A stretch of 64,000 nucleotides of DNA, taken from the NCBI GenBank assembly GCA_964016885.1, contig OZ024745.1, positions 992,001 through 1,056,000 on the forward strand, given 5' to 3'. Of the stretch, positions 15,601-31,700 are shown piece by piece. The DNA is from Eledone cirrhosa. Taxonomy: Eukaryota. The position numbers were made by a program, and so were the translations under genes. Within the stretch, counting starts at the first letter, position 1; each line of letters starts with the position of its first letter. The notes below the pieces were generated by a model. That model was not told the origin of the DNA. It saw nothing but the letters and a program-made list of their open reading frames with translations, and did not search any database.

Positions 15601-17940
15601 ATGACATACAGGGATACAGTGTACCTATTCTAAACTAGATATACATTGTATTACAACATACAGGGATACAGTGTACCTATTCTAAACTAGATATACATGG
15701 TATTATGACATACAGGGATACAGTGTACCTATTCTAAACTAGATATATATGGTCTTACAACATACAGGAGACAGTGTACCTATTCTAAACTAGATATACA
15801 TGGTATTACAACATACAGGGATACAGTGTACCTATTCTAAACTAGATATATATGGTATTACAACATACAGAGATACAGTGTACCTATTCTAAACTAGATA
15901 TATATGGTCTTACAACATACAGAGATACAATGTACCTATTCTAAACTAGATATACATGGTATTACAACATACAGGTATACAGTGTACCTATTCTAAACTA
16001 GATATATATGGTATTACAACATACAGGGATACAGTGTACCTATTCTAAACTAGGTATATATGGTATTACAACATACTGGGATACAGTGTACCTATTCTAA
16101 ACTAGATATACATGGTATTACAACATACAGGGATACAGTGTACCTATTCTAAACTAGATATACATGGTATTATGACATACAGGGATACAGTGTACCTATT
16201 CTAAACTAGATATACATGGTATTACAACATACAGGGATACAGTGTACCTATTCTAAACTAGATATATATGGTCTTACAACATACAGAGATACAGTGTACC
16301 TATTCTAAACTAGATATACATGGTATTATGACATACAGGGATACAGTGTACCTATTCTAAATTTGATATACATGGTATTACAACATACAGAGATACATTG
16401 TACCTATTCTAAACTAGATATATATGGTCTTACAACATACAGGGATACAGTGTACCTATTCTAAACTAGATATACATGGTATTACAACATACAGGGATAC
16501 AGTGTACCTATTCTAAACTAGATATACATGGTCTTACAACATACAGGGATACAGTGTACCTATTCTAAACTAGATATATATGGTCTTATGACATACAGGG
16601 ATACAGTGTACCTATTCTAAACTAGATATATATGGTCTTACAACATACAGGGATGCAGTGTACCTATTCTAAACTAGATATACATGGTATTACATCATAC
16701 AGGGATACAGTGTACCTATTCTAAACTAGATATATATGGTATTACAACATACAGGAATACAGTGTACCTATTCTAAACTTGATATACATGGTATTATAAC
16801 ATACAGAGATACAGTGTACCTATTCTAAACTAGATATATATGGTCTTACACCATACCGGGATACAGTGTACCTATTCTAAACCATATATATATGGTATTA
16901 CAACACACAGGGATACAGTATATCTATTCTAAACTAGATATACATAGTATTACAACACAGGGATACAGTATACCTATTTTAAACTAGATATACATAGTAT
17001 TACAACGTACAGAGATACAGTGTACCTATTCTAAACAAGATATACATGGTACTACAACATACAGGGATACAGTGTGCCTATTCTAAACTAGATATATATG
17101 GTATTACTATATACAGGGATACAGTGTACCTATTCTAAACTAGATATACATGGTATTACAACATACAGGGATAGAGTGTAGCTATTCTCAACTAGATATA
17201 TATGGTATTACAACATACAGGGATACAGTGTACCTATTCTAAACTAGATATATATGGTATTACAACATACAGGGATACAGTGTACCTATTCTAAACTAGA
17301 TATACATGGTATTATGACATACAGGGATACAGTGTACCTATTCTAAACTAGATATACATAGTATTACAACATACATCAGAGATACAGTGTACCTATTCTA
17401 AACTAGATATATATGGTCTTACAACATACAGGGATACAGTGTACCTATTCTAAACTAGATGTACATGGTATTACAACATACAGAGATACAGTATACCTAT
17501 TCTAAACTAGATATACATGGTATTACAACATACAGGGATAGAGTGTACCTATTCTAAACTAGATATATATGGTATTACAACATACAGGGATACAGTGTAC
17601 CTATTCTAAACTAGATATACATGGTATTACAACATACAGAGATACAGTGTACCTATTATAAACTAGATATATATGGTATTACAACATAGAGATACAGTGT
17701 ACCTATTCTAAACTAGATATATATGGTCTTACAACATACAGGGATACAGTGTACCTATTCTAAACTAGATATACATGGTATTACAACATACAGGGATAGA
17801 GTGTACCTATTCTAAACTAGATATATATGGTATTACAACATACAGGGATACAGTGTACCTATTCTAAACTAGATATATGTGGTATTACAACATACAGGGA
17901 TACAGTGTACCTATTCTAAACTAGATATACATAGTATTAC
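9700..17940 (+). repeat. Tandem duplication of an approximately 4.1-kb block (79 monomers; 80 after a one-monomer gain)
   Basis: Offset +4091 for attataaac (9731/13822) and the 15-bp-deletion monomer ggtcttacagtg (10791/14882). Offset +4143 (=4091+52) for taccggg (12711/16854), catacatcag (13227/17370) and tatatgtgg (13731/17874). Confidence 0.88.
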
Positions 17941-19479
17941 AACATACAGAGATACAGTGTACCTATTCTAAACTAGATATATATGGCATTACAACATACA
18001 GGGATACAGTGTACCTATTCCAAACTAGATATACATGGTATTACAACATACAGGGATACAGTGTACCTATTCTAAACTAGATATATATGGTATTACAACA
18101 TACAGGGATACAGTGTACATATTCTAAACTTGATATATATGGTCTTATGACATAGAGGGGTACAGTGTACCTATTCTAAACTAGATATATATTGTCTTAC
18201 AACATACAGGGATACAGTGTACCTATTCTAAACTAGATATACATGGTATTACAACATACAGGGATACAGTGTACCTATTCTAAACTAGATATATATGGTA
18301 TTACAACATACAGAGATACAGTGTACCTATTCTAAACTAGATATATATGGCATTACAACATACAGGGATACAGTGTACCTATTCTAAACTAGATATACAT
18401 GGTATTACAACATACAGGGATACAGTGTACATATTCTAAACTAGATATATATGGTATTACAACATACAGGGATACAGTGTACCTATTCTAAACTAGATAT
18501 ATATGGTATTACAATATACAGGGATAAAGTGTACCTATTCTAAACTAGATATACATGGTCTTACAACATACAGGGATACAGTGTACTATTCTAAACCAGA
18601 TATATATGGTATTACAACACACAGGGATACAGTATACCTATTCTAAACTAGATATACATAGTATTACAACACACAGGGATACAGTATACCTATTCTAAAC
18701 TAGATATACATAGTATTACAACATACAGAGATACAGTGTACCTATTCTAAACTAGATATACATGGTATTACAACATACAGGGATACAGTGTACCTATTCT
18801 AAACTAGATATATATGGTATTACAACATACAGGGATACAGTGTACCTATTCTAAACTAGATATACATGGTATTACAACATACAGGGATAGAGTGTAGCTA
18901 TTCTCAACTAGATATATATGGTATTACAACATACAGGGATACAGTGTACCTATTCTAAACTAGATATACATGGTATTATGACATACAGGGATACAGTGTA
19001 CCTATTCTAAACTAGATATACATAGTATTACAACATACAGAGATACAGTGTACCTATTCTAAACTAGATATACATGGTATTACAACATACAGAGATACAG
19101 TGTACCTATTATAAACTAGATATACATAGTATTAAAACATACAGAGATACAGTGTACCTATTCTAAACTAGATATACATAGTATTACAACATACAGAGAT
19201 ACAGTGTACCTATTCTAAACTAGATATACATGGTATTACAACATACAGAGATACAGTGTACCTATTATAAACTAGATATACATAGTATTAAAACATACAG
19301 AGATACAGTGTACCTATTCTAAACTAGATATACATGGTATTACAACATACAGGGATACAGTGTACCTATTCTAAACTAGATATATATGGTATTACAACAT
19401 ACAGGGATACAGTGTACCTATTCTAAACTAGATATACATGGTATTACAACATACAGGGATACAGTGTACCTATTCTAAA

Positions 19480-22400
19480 CTAGATATACATGGTATTACA
19501 ACATACAGGGATAGAGTGTACCTATTCTAAACTAGATATATATGGTATTACAACATACAGAGATACAGTGTACCTATTCTAAACTAGATATATATGGTAT
19601 TACAACATACAGAGATACAGTGTACCTATTCTAAACTAGATATATATGGTATTACAACATACAGGGATACAGTGTACCTATTCTAAACTAGATATACATG
19701 GTATAATGACATACAGGGATACAGTGTACCTATTCTAAACTAGATATACATGGTCTTACAACATACAGAGATACAGTGTACCTATTCTAAACTAGATGTA
19801 CATGGTATTACAACATACAGGGATACAGTGTACCTATTCTAAACTTGATATACATGGTCTTACAGTGTACCTATTCTAAACTAGATATACATTGTCTTAC
19901 AACATACAGGGATACAGTGTACCTATTCTAAACTTGATATACATGGTCTTACAACATACAGGGATACAGTGTACCTATTCTAAACTAGATATACATGGTC
20001 TTACAACATACAGAGATACAGTGTACCTATTCTAAACTAGATGTACATGGTATTACAACATACAGAGATACAGTGTACCTATTCTAAACTAGATGTATAT
20101 GGTCTTACAACATACAGGGATACAGTGTACCTATTCTAAACTAGATATATATGGTATTACAACATACAGGGATACAGTGTACCTATTCTAAACTAGATAT
20201 ATATGGTATTACAACATACAGGGATACAGTGTACCTATTCTAAACTAGATATACATGGTATTACAACATACAGGGATACAATGTACCTATACTAAACTAG
20301 ATATATATGGTATTACAACATACAGGGATACAGTGTACCTATTCTAAACTAGATATACATGGTATTACAACATACAGAGATACAGAGTACCTATTCTAAA
20401 CTAGATATATATGGTATTACAACATACAGGGATGCAGTGTACCTATTCTAAACTAGATATATATGGTATTACAACATACAGGGATACAGTGTATCTATTT
20501 TAAACTAGATATACATGGTATTACAAAATACAGGGATACAGTGTACCTATTCTAAACTAGATATATATGGTATTATGACATACAGGGATACAGTGTACCT
20601 ATTCTAAACTAGATATACATTGTATTACAACATACAGGGATACAGTGTACCTATTCTAAACTAGATATACATGGTATTATGACATACAGGGATACAGTGT
20701 ACCTATTCTAAACTAGATATATATGGTCTTACAACATACAGGAGACAGTGTACCTATTCTAAACTAGATATACATGGTATTACAACATACAGGGATACAG
20801 TGTACCTATTCTAAACTAGATATATATGGTATTACAACATACAGAGATACAGTGTACCTATTCTAAACTAGATATATATGGTCTTACAACATACAGAGAT
20901 ACAATGTACCTATTCTAAACTAGATATACATGGTATTACAACATATAGGTATACAGTGTACCTATTCTAAACTAGATATATATGGTATTACAACATACAG
21001 GGATACAGTGTACCTATTCTAAACTAGGTATATATGGTATTACAACATACAGGGATACAGTGTACCTATTCTAAACTAGATATACATGGTATTACAACAT
21101 ACAGGGATACAGTGTACCTATTCCAAACTAGATATACATGGTATTATGACATACAGGGATACAGTGTACCTATTCTAAACTAGATATACATGGTATTACA
21201 ACATACAGGGATAGAGTGTACCTATTCTAAACTAGATATATATGGTATTACAACATACAGAGATACAGTGTACCTATTCTAAACTAGATATATATGGTAT
21301 TACAACATACAGAGATACAGTGTACCTATTCTAAACTAGATATATATGGTATTACAACATACAGGGATACAGTGTACCTATTCTAAACTAGATATACATG
21401 GTATAATGACATACAGGGATACAGTGTACCTATTCTAAACTAGATATACATGGTCTTACAACATACAGAGATACAGTGTACCTATTCTAAACTAGATGTA
21501 CATGGTATTACAACATACAGGGATACAGTGTACCTATTCTAAACTTGATATACATGGTCTTACAGTGTACCTATTCTAAACTAGATATACATGGTCTTAC
21601 AACATACAGGGATACAGTGTACCTATTCTAAACTTGATATACATGGTCTTACAACATACAGGGATACAGTGTACCTATTCTAAACTAGATATACATGGTC
21701 TTACAACATACAGAGATACAGTGTACCTATTCTAAACTAGATGTACATGGTATTACAACATACAGAGATACAGTGTACCTATTCTAAACTAGATGTATAT
21801 GGTCTTACAACATACAGGGATACAGTGTACCTATTCTAAACTAGATATATATGGTATTACAACATACAGGGATACAGTGTACCTATTCTAAACTAGATAT
21901 ATATGGTATTACAACATACAGGGATACAGTGTACCTATTCTAAACTAGATATACATGGTATTACAACATACAGGGATACAATGTACCTATTCTAAACTAG
22001 ATATATATGGTATTACAACATACAGGGATACAGTGTACCTATTCTAAACTAGATATACATGGTATTACAACATACAGAGATACAGAGTACCTATTCTAAA
22101 CTAGATATATATGGTATTACAACATACAGGGATGCAGTGTACCTATTCTAAACTAGATATATATGGTATTACAACATACAGGGATACAGTGTATCTATTT
22201 TAAACTAGATATACATGGTATTACAAAATACAGGGATACAGTGTACCTATTCTAAACTAGATATATATGGTATTATGACATACAGGGATACAGTGTACCT
22301 ATTCTAAACTAGATATATATTGTATTACAACATACAGGGATACAGTGTACCTATTCTAAACTAGATATACATGGTATTATGACATACAGGGATACAGTGT

Positions 22401-22700
22401 ACCTATTCTAAACTAGTTATATATGGTCTTACAACATACAGGAGACAGTGTACCTATTCTAAACTAGATATACATGGTATTACAACATACAGGGATACAG
22501 TGTACCTATTCTAAACTAGATATATATGGTATTACAACATACAGAGATACAGTGTACCTATTCTAAACTAGATATATATGGTCTTACAACATACAGAGAT
22601 ACAATGTACCTATTCTAAACTAGATATACATGGTATTACAACATATAGGTATACAGTGTACCTATTCTAAACTAGATATATATGGTATTACAACATACAG
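19480..22700 (+). repeat. Tandem duplication with 1,700-bp period (33 monomers minus 16 bp)
   Basis: gatagag (19510/21210), 15-bp deletion monomer (19856/21556), acatataggt (20941/22641). Confidence 0.85.
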
Positions 22701-25700
22701 GGATACAGTGTACCTATTCTAAACTAGATATACATGGTATTACAACATACAGGGATACAGTGTACCTATTCTAAACTAGATATACATGGTATTATGACAT
22801 ACAGGGATACAGTGTACCTATTCTAAACTAGATATACATGGTATTACAACATACAGGGATACAGTGTACCTATTCTAAACTAGATATATATGGTCTTACA
22901 ACATACAGAGATACAGTGTACCTATTCTAAACTAGATATACATGGTATTATGACATACAGGGATACAGTGTACCTATTCTAAATTTGATATACATGGTAT
23001 TACAACATACAGAGATACAGTGTACCTATTCTAAACTAGATATATATGGTATTACAACATACAGGGATACAGTGTACCTATTCTAAACTAGATATACATG
23101 GTATTACAACATACAGGGATACAGTGTACCTATTCTAAACTAGATATACATGGTCTTACAACATACAGGGATACAGTGTACCTATTCTAAACTAGATATA
23201 TATGGTCTTATGACATACAGGGATACAGTGTACCTATTCTAAACTAGATATATATGGTCTTACAACATACAGGGATGCAGTGTACCTATTCTAAACTAGA
23301 TATACATGGTATTACATCATACGGGGATACAGTGTACCTATTCTAAACTAGATATATATGGTATTACAACATACAGGAATACAGTGTACCTATTCTAAGC
23401 TAGATATACATGGTATTACAACATACAGGGATACAGTGTACCTATTCTAATCTAGATATATATGGTATTACAACATACAGGGATACAGTGTACCTATTCT
23501 AAACTAGATATATATGGTATTACAACATACAGGAGACAGTGTACCTATTCTAAACTAGATATATATGGTATTACAACATACAGGGATACAGTGTACCTAT
23601 TTTAAACTAGATATATATGGTATTACAACATACAGGGATACAGTGTACCTATTCTAAACTAGATATATATGGTATTACAACATACAGGGATACAGTGTGT
23701 ACCTATTCTAAACTAGATATACATTGTCTTACAACATACAGGGATATAGTGTACCTATTCTAAACTAGATATACATGGTATAATGACATACAGGGATACA
23801 GTGTACCTATTCTAAACTAGATATACATGGTCTTACAACATACAGAGATACAGTGTACCTATTCTAAACTAGATGTACATGGTATTACAACATACAGGGA
23901 TACAGTGTACCTATTCTAAACTTGATATACATGGTATTATAACATACAGAGATACAGTGTACCTATTCTAAACTAGATATATATGGTCTTACACCATACC
24001 GGGATACAGTGTACCTATTCTAAACTAGATATATATGGTCTTACAATATACAGAGATACAGTGTACCTATTCTAAACTAGATATATATGGTATTACAACA
24101 TACAGGGATACAGTGTACCTATTCTAAACTAGATATACATGGTATTACAACATACAGGGATACAGTGTACCTATTCTAAACTAGATATACATGGTATTAC
24201 AACATACAGGGATAGAGTGTACCTATTCTAAACTAGATATATATGGTATTACAACATACAGAGATACAGTGTACCTATTCTAAACTAGATATATATGGTA
24301 TTACAACATACAGGGATACAGTGTACCTATTCTAAACTAGATATACATGGTATTACAACATACAGGGATACAGTGTACCTTTTCTAAACTAGATATATAT
24401 GGTATTACAACATACAGGGATACAGTGTACCTATTCTAAACTAGATATATATGGTATTACAACATACAGGGATAAAGTGTACCTATTCTAAACTAGATAT
24501 ACATGGTCTTACAACATACAGGGATACAGTGTACCTATTCTAAACCATATATATATGGTATTACAACACACAGGGATACAGTATATCTATTCTAAACTAG
24601 ATATACATAGTATTACAACACAGAGATACAGTGTACCTATTCTAAACTAGATATACATGGTACTACAACATACAGGGATACAGTGTGCCTATTCTAAACT
24701 AGATATATATGGTATTACTACATACAGGGATACAGTGTACCTATTCTAAACTAGATATACATGGTATTACAACATACAGGGATAGAGTGTAGCTATTCTC
24801 AACTAGATATATATGGTATTACAACATACGGGGATACAGTGTACCTATTCTAAACTAGATATATATGGTATTACAACATACAGGGATACAGTGTACCTAT
24901 TCTAAACTAGATATACATGGTATTATGACATACAGGGATACAGTGTACCTATTCTAAACTAGATATACATAGTATTACAACATACATCAGAGATACAGTG
25001 TACCTATTCTAAACTAGATATATATGGTCTTACAACATACAGGGATACAGTGTACCTATTCTAAACTAGATGTACATGGTATTACAACATACAGAGATAC
25101 AGTATACCTATTCTAAACTAGATATACATGGTATTACAACATACAGGGATACAGTGTACCTATTCTAAACTAGATATACATAGTATTACAACATACAGAG
25201 ATACAGTGTACCTATTCTAAACTAGATATATATGGCATTACAACATACAGGGATACAGTGTACCTATTCTAAACTAGATATACATGGTATTACGACATAC
25301 AGGGATACAGTGTACCTATTCTAAACTAGATATATATGGTATTACAACATACAGGGATACAGTGTACCTATTCTAAACTAGATATATATGGTCCTACAAC
25401 ATACAGGGATACAGTGTACCTATTGTAAACTAGATATACATGGTATTATGACATACAGGGATACAGTGTACCTATTCTAAACTAGATATACATGGTATTA
25501 CAACATACAGGGATACAGTGTACATATTCTAAACTTGATATATATGGTCTTATGACATACAGGGATACAGTGTACCTATTCTCAACTAGATATATATGGT
25601 ATTACAACATACAGGTATACAGTGTACCTATTCTAAACTAGATATACATGGTATAACAACATACAGGGATAGAGTGTACCTATTCTAAACTAGATATACA

Positions 25701-28700
25701 TGGTATTACAACATACAGGGATAGAGTGTACCTATTCTAAACTAGATCTATATGGTATTACAACATACAGGGATACAGTGTACCTATTCTCAAATAGATA
25801 TATATGGTATTACAACATGCAGGGATACAGTGTACCTATTCTAAACTAGATATACATGGTATTATGACATACAGGGATACAGTGTACCTATTCTAAACAA
25901 GATATACATAGTATTACAACATACAGAGATACAGTGTACCTATTCTAAACTAGATATACATGGTATTACAACATACAGGGATACAGTGTACCTATTCAAA
26001 ACTAGATATATATTGTCTTACAACATACAGGGATACAGTGTACCTATTCTAAACTAGATATACATGGTATTACAACATACAGGGATACAGTGTACCTATT
26101 CTAAACTAGATATATATGGTATTATGACATACAGGGATACAGTGTACCTATTCTAAACTAGATATACATGGTATTATGACATACAGGGATACAGTGTACC
26201 TATTCTAAACTAGATATACATAGTATTACAACATACTGGGATACAGTGTACCTATTCTAAACTAGATATATATGGTATTACAACATACAGGGATACAGTG
26301 TACCTCTTCTAAACTAGATATACATGGTATTATGACATACAGGGATACAGTGTACCTATTCTAATCTAGATATACATGGTATTACAACATACAGAGATAC
26401 AGTGTACCTATTCTAAACTAGATATATATGGTATTACAACATACAGGGATACAGTGTACCTAATCTAAACTAGATATACATGGTATTATGACATACAGGG
26501 ATACAGTGTACATATTCTAATCTAGATATACATGGTATTACAACATACAGAGATACAGTGTACCTATTCTAAACTAGATATATATGGTATTACAACATAC
26601 AGGGATACAGTGTACCTATTCTGAACTAGATATATATGGTATAACAACATACAGGGATAGAGTGTACCCATTGTAAACTAGATATATATGGTTTTACAAC
26701 ATACAGTGTACCTATTGTAAAGTAGATATACATGGTATTACAACATACAGGGATACAGTGTACCTATTCTAAACTTGATATATATGGTCTTATGACATAC
26801 AGGGGTACAGTGTACCTATTCTAAACTAGATATATATTGTCTTACAACATACAGGGATACAGTGTACCTATTCTAAACTAGATATACATGGTATTACAAC
26901 ATACAGGGATACAGTGTACCTATTCTAAACTAGATATACATGGTATTACAACATACAGGGATAGAGTGTACCTATTCTAAACTAGATCTATATGGTATTA
27001 CAACATACAGGGATACAGTGTACCTATTCTCAACTAGATATATATGGTATTACAACATGCAGGGATACAGTGTACCTATTCTAAACTAGATATACATGGT
27101 ATTATGACATACAGGGATACAGTGTACCTATTCTAAACAAGATATACATAGTATTACAACATACAGAGATACAGTGTACCTATTCTAAACTAGATATACA
27201 TGGTATTACAACATACAGGGATACAGTGTACCTATTCAAAACTAGATATATATTGTATCACAACATACAGGGATACAGTGTACCTATTCTAAACTAGATA
27301 TACATGGTATTACAACATACAGGGATACAGTGTACCTATTCTAAACTAGATATATATGGTATTATGACATACAGGGATACAGTGTACCTATTCTAAACTA
27401 GATATACATGGTATTATGACATACAGGGATACAGTGTACCTATTCTAAACTAGATATACATAGTATTACAACATACAGGGATACAGTGTACCTATTCTAA
27501 ACTAGATATATATGGTATTACAACATACAGGGATACAGTGTACCTCTTCTAAACTAGATATACATGGTATTATGACATACAGGGATACAGTGTACCTATT
27601 CTAATCTAGATATACATGGTATTACAACATACAGAGATACAGTGTACCTATTCTAAACTAGATATATATGGTATTACAACATACAGGGATACAGTGTACC
27701 GATTCTAAACTTGATATATATGGTCTTATGACATACAGGGATACAGTGTACCTATTCTAAACTAGATATACATGGTATTATGACATACAGGGATACAGTG
27801 TACCTATTCTAAACTAGATATACATAGTATTACAACATACAGGGATACAGTGTACCTATTCTAAACCAGATATACATGGTATTACAACATACAGGGATAC
27901 AGTGTACCTATTCTAAACTAGATATATATGGTCTTACAACATACAGGGATACAGCGTACTTATTCTAAACTAGATATACATGGTATTATGACATACAGGG
28001 ATACAGTGTACCTATTCTAAACTAGATATACGTAGTATTACAACATACAGAGATACAGTGTACCTATTCTAAACTAGATATATATGGTCTTACAACATAC
28101 AGGGATACAGCGTACCTATTCTAAACTAGATATACATGGTATTACAACATACAGGGATACAGTGTACCTATTCTAAACTAGATATACATGGTATTACAAC
28201 ACACAGGGATACAGTGTACCTATTCTAAACTAGATATACATGGTCTTACAACATACAGGGATACAGTGTACCTATTCTAAACCAGATATATATGGTATTA
28301 CAACACACAGGGATACAGTGTACCTATTCTAAACTAGATATACATAGTATTACAACATACAGAGATACAGTGTATCTATTCTAAACTACATATACATGGT
28401 ATTACAACATACAGGGATACAGTGTACCTATTCTAAATCAGATATACGTGGTATTACAACATACAGGGATACAGTGTAACTATTGTAAACTAGATATACA
28501 TGTTATTATGACATACAGGGATACAGTGTACCTATTCTAAACTAGATACACATGGTATTACAACATACAGGGATACAGTGTACCTATTCTAAACTAGATA
28601 TACATGGTATTATGACATGCAAGGATACAGTGTACCTATTCTAAACTAGATATACATAGTATTACAACATACAGAGATACAGTGTACCTATTCTAAACTA

Positions 28701-31700
28701 GATATATATTATCTTACAACATACAGGGATACAGTGTACCTATTCTAAACTAGATATACATGGTATTACAACATACAGGGATACAGTGTACCTATTCTAA
28801 ACTAGATATATATGGTATTATGACATACAGGGATACAGTGTACCTATTGTAAACTAGATATATATGGTATTACAACATACAGTGTACCTATTGTAAACTA
28901 GATATACATGGTATTACAACATACAGGGATACAGTGTACCTATTCTAAACTTGATATATATGGTCTTATGACATACAGGGGTACAGTGTACCTATTCTAA
29001 ACTAGATATATATCGTCTTACAACATACAGGGATACAGTGTACCTATTCTAAACTAGATATACATGGTATTATGACATACAGGGATACAGTGTACCTATT
29101 CTAAACTAGATATACATAGTATTACAACATACAGGGATACAGTGTACCTATTCTAAACCAGATATACATGGTATTACAACATACAGGGATACAGTGTACC
29201 TATTCTAAATTAGATATACATGGTATTACAACATACAGGGATACAGTGTACCTATTCTAAACTAGATATATATGGTATTACAACATATAGGGATACAGTG
29301 TACCTATTCTAAACTAGATATATATGGTATTATGACATACAGGGATACAGTGTACCTATTCTAAACTAGATATATATGGGATGACAACATACAGTGTACC
29401 TATTCTAAACTAGATATACATGGTCTTACAACATACAGGGATACAGTGTACCTATTATAAACCGGACATATATGGTATTACAACACACAGGGATACAGTG
29501 TACCTATTCTAAATTAGATATACATAGTATTACAACATACAGAGATACAGTGTACCTATTCTAAACTAGATATATATGGTCTTACAACATACTGGGATAC
29601 AGTGTACCTATTCTAAACTAGATATACATGGTATTACAACATACAGGGATACAGTGTACCTATTCTAAACTAGATATACATGGTGTTACAACATACAGGG
29701 ATACAGTGTACCTATTCTAAACTAGATATACATGGTCTTACAACATACAGGGATACAGTGTACCTATTCTAAACCAGATATATATGGTATTACAACACAC
29801 AGGGATACAGTGTACCTATTCTAAACTAGATATACATAGTATTACAACATACAGAGATACAGTGTACCTATTCTAAACTAGATATATATGGTCTTACAAC
29901 ATACAGGGATACAGTGTACCTATTCTAAACCTGATATATATGGTCTTATGACATACAGGGGTACAGTGTACCTATTCTAAACTAGATATATATTTTCTTA
30001 CAACATACAGGGATACAGTGTACCTATTCTAAACTAGATATACATGGTATTACAACATACAGGAATACAGTGTACCTATTCTAAACCAGATATATATGGT
30101 ATTATGAGATACAGGGATACAGTGTACCTATTCTAAACTAGATGTATATGGTATTATGACATACAGGGATACAGTGTACCTATTCTCAACTAGATATATA
30201 TGGTATTACAACATACAGGGATACAGTGTACCTATTCTAAACTAGATATACATGGTATTATGACATACAGGGATACAGTGTACCTATTCTAAATTAGATA
30301 TATATGGTATTACAACATACAGTGTACCTATTGTAAACTAGATATACATGGTATTACAACATACAGGGATACAGTGTACCTATTCTAAACTTGATATATA
30401 TGGTCTTATGACATACAGGGGTACAGTGTACCTATTCTAAACTAGATATATATTGTCTTACAACATACAGGGATACAGTTTACCTATTCTAAACTAGATA
30501 TACATGGTATTACAACATACAGGGATACAGTGTACCTATTCTAAACTAGATATAAATGATATTACAACATACAGGGATACAGTGTACCTATTCTGAACTA
30601 GATATATATTGTCTTACAACATACAGGGATACAGTGTACCTATTCTAAACTAGATATACATGGTATTATGACATACAGGGATACAGTGTACCTATTCTCA
30701 ACTAGATATATATGGTATTACAACATACAGGGATACAGTGTACCTATTCAAAACTAGATATATATTGTCTTACAACATACAGGGATACAGTGTACCTATT
30801 CTAAACTAGATATACATGGTATTACAACATACAGGGATACAGTGTACCTATTCTAAACTAGATATATATGGTATTATGACATACAGGGATACAGTGTACC
30901 TATTCTAAACTAGATATACATGGTATTATGACATACAGGGATACAGTGTACCTATTCTAAACTAGATATACATAGTATTACAACATACAGGGATACAGTG
31001 TACCTATTCTAAACTAGATATATATGGTATTACAACATACAGGGATACAGTGTACCTATTCTAAACTAGATATACATGGTCTTACAACATACAGAGATAC
31101 AGTGTACCTATTCTAAACTAGATGTACATGGTATTACAACATACAGGGATACAGTGTACCTATTCTAAACTTGATATACATGGTCTTACAGTGTACCTAT
31201 TCTAAACTAGATATACATGGTCTTACAACATACAGGGATACAGTGTACCTATTCTAAACTTGATATACATGGTCTTACAACATACAGGGATACAGTGTAC
31301 CTATTCTAAACTAGATATACATGGTCTTACAACATACAGAGATACAGTGTACCTATTCTAAACTAGATGTACATGGTATTACAACATACAGAGATACAGT
31401 GTACCTATTCTAAACTAGATGTATATGGTCTTACAACATACAGGGATACAGTGTACCTATTCTAAACTAGATATATATGGTATTACAACATACAGGGATA
31501 CAGTGTACCTATTCTAAACTAGATATATATGGTATTACAACATACAGGGATACAGTGTACCTATTCTAAACTAGATATACATGGTATTACAACATACAGG
31601 GATACAATGTACCTATTCTAAACTAGATATATATGGTATTACAACATACAGGGATACAGTGTACCTATTCTAAACTAGATATACATGGTATTACAACATA

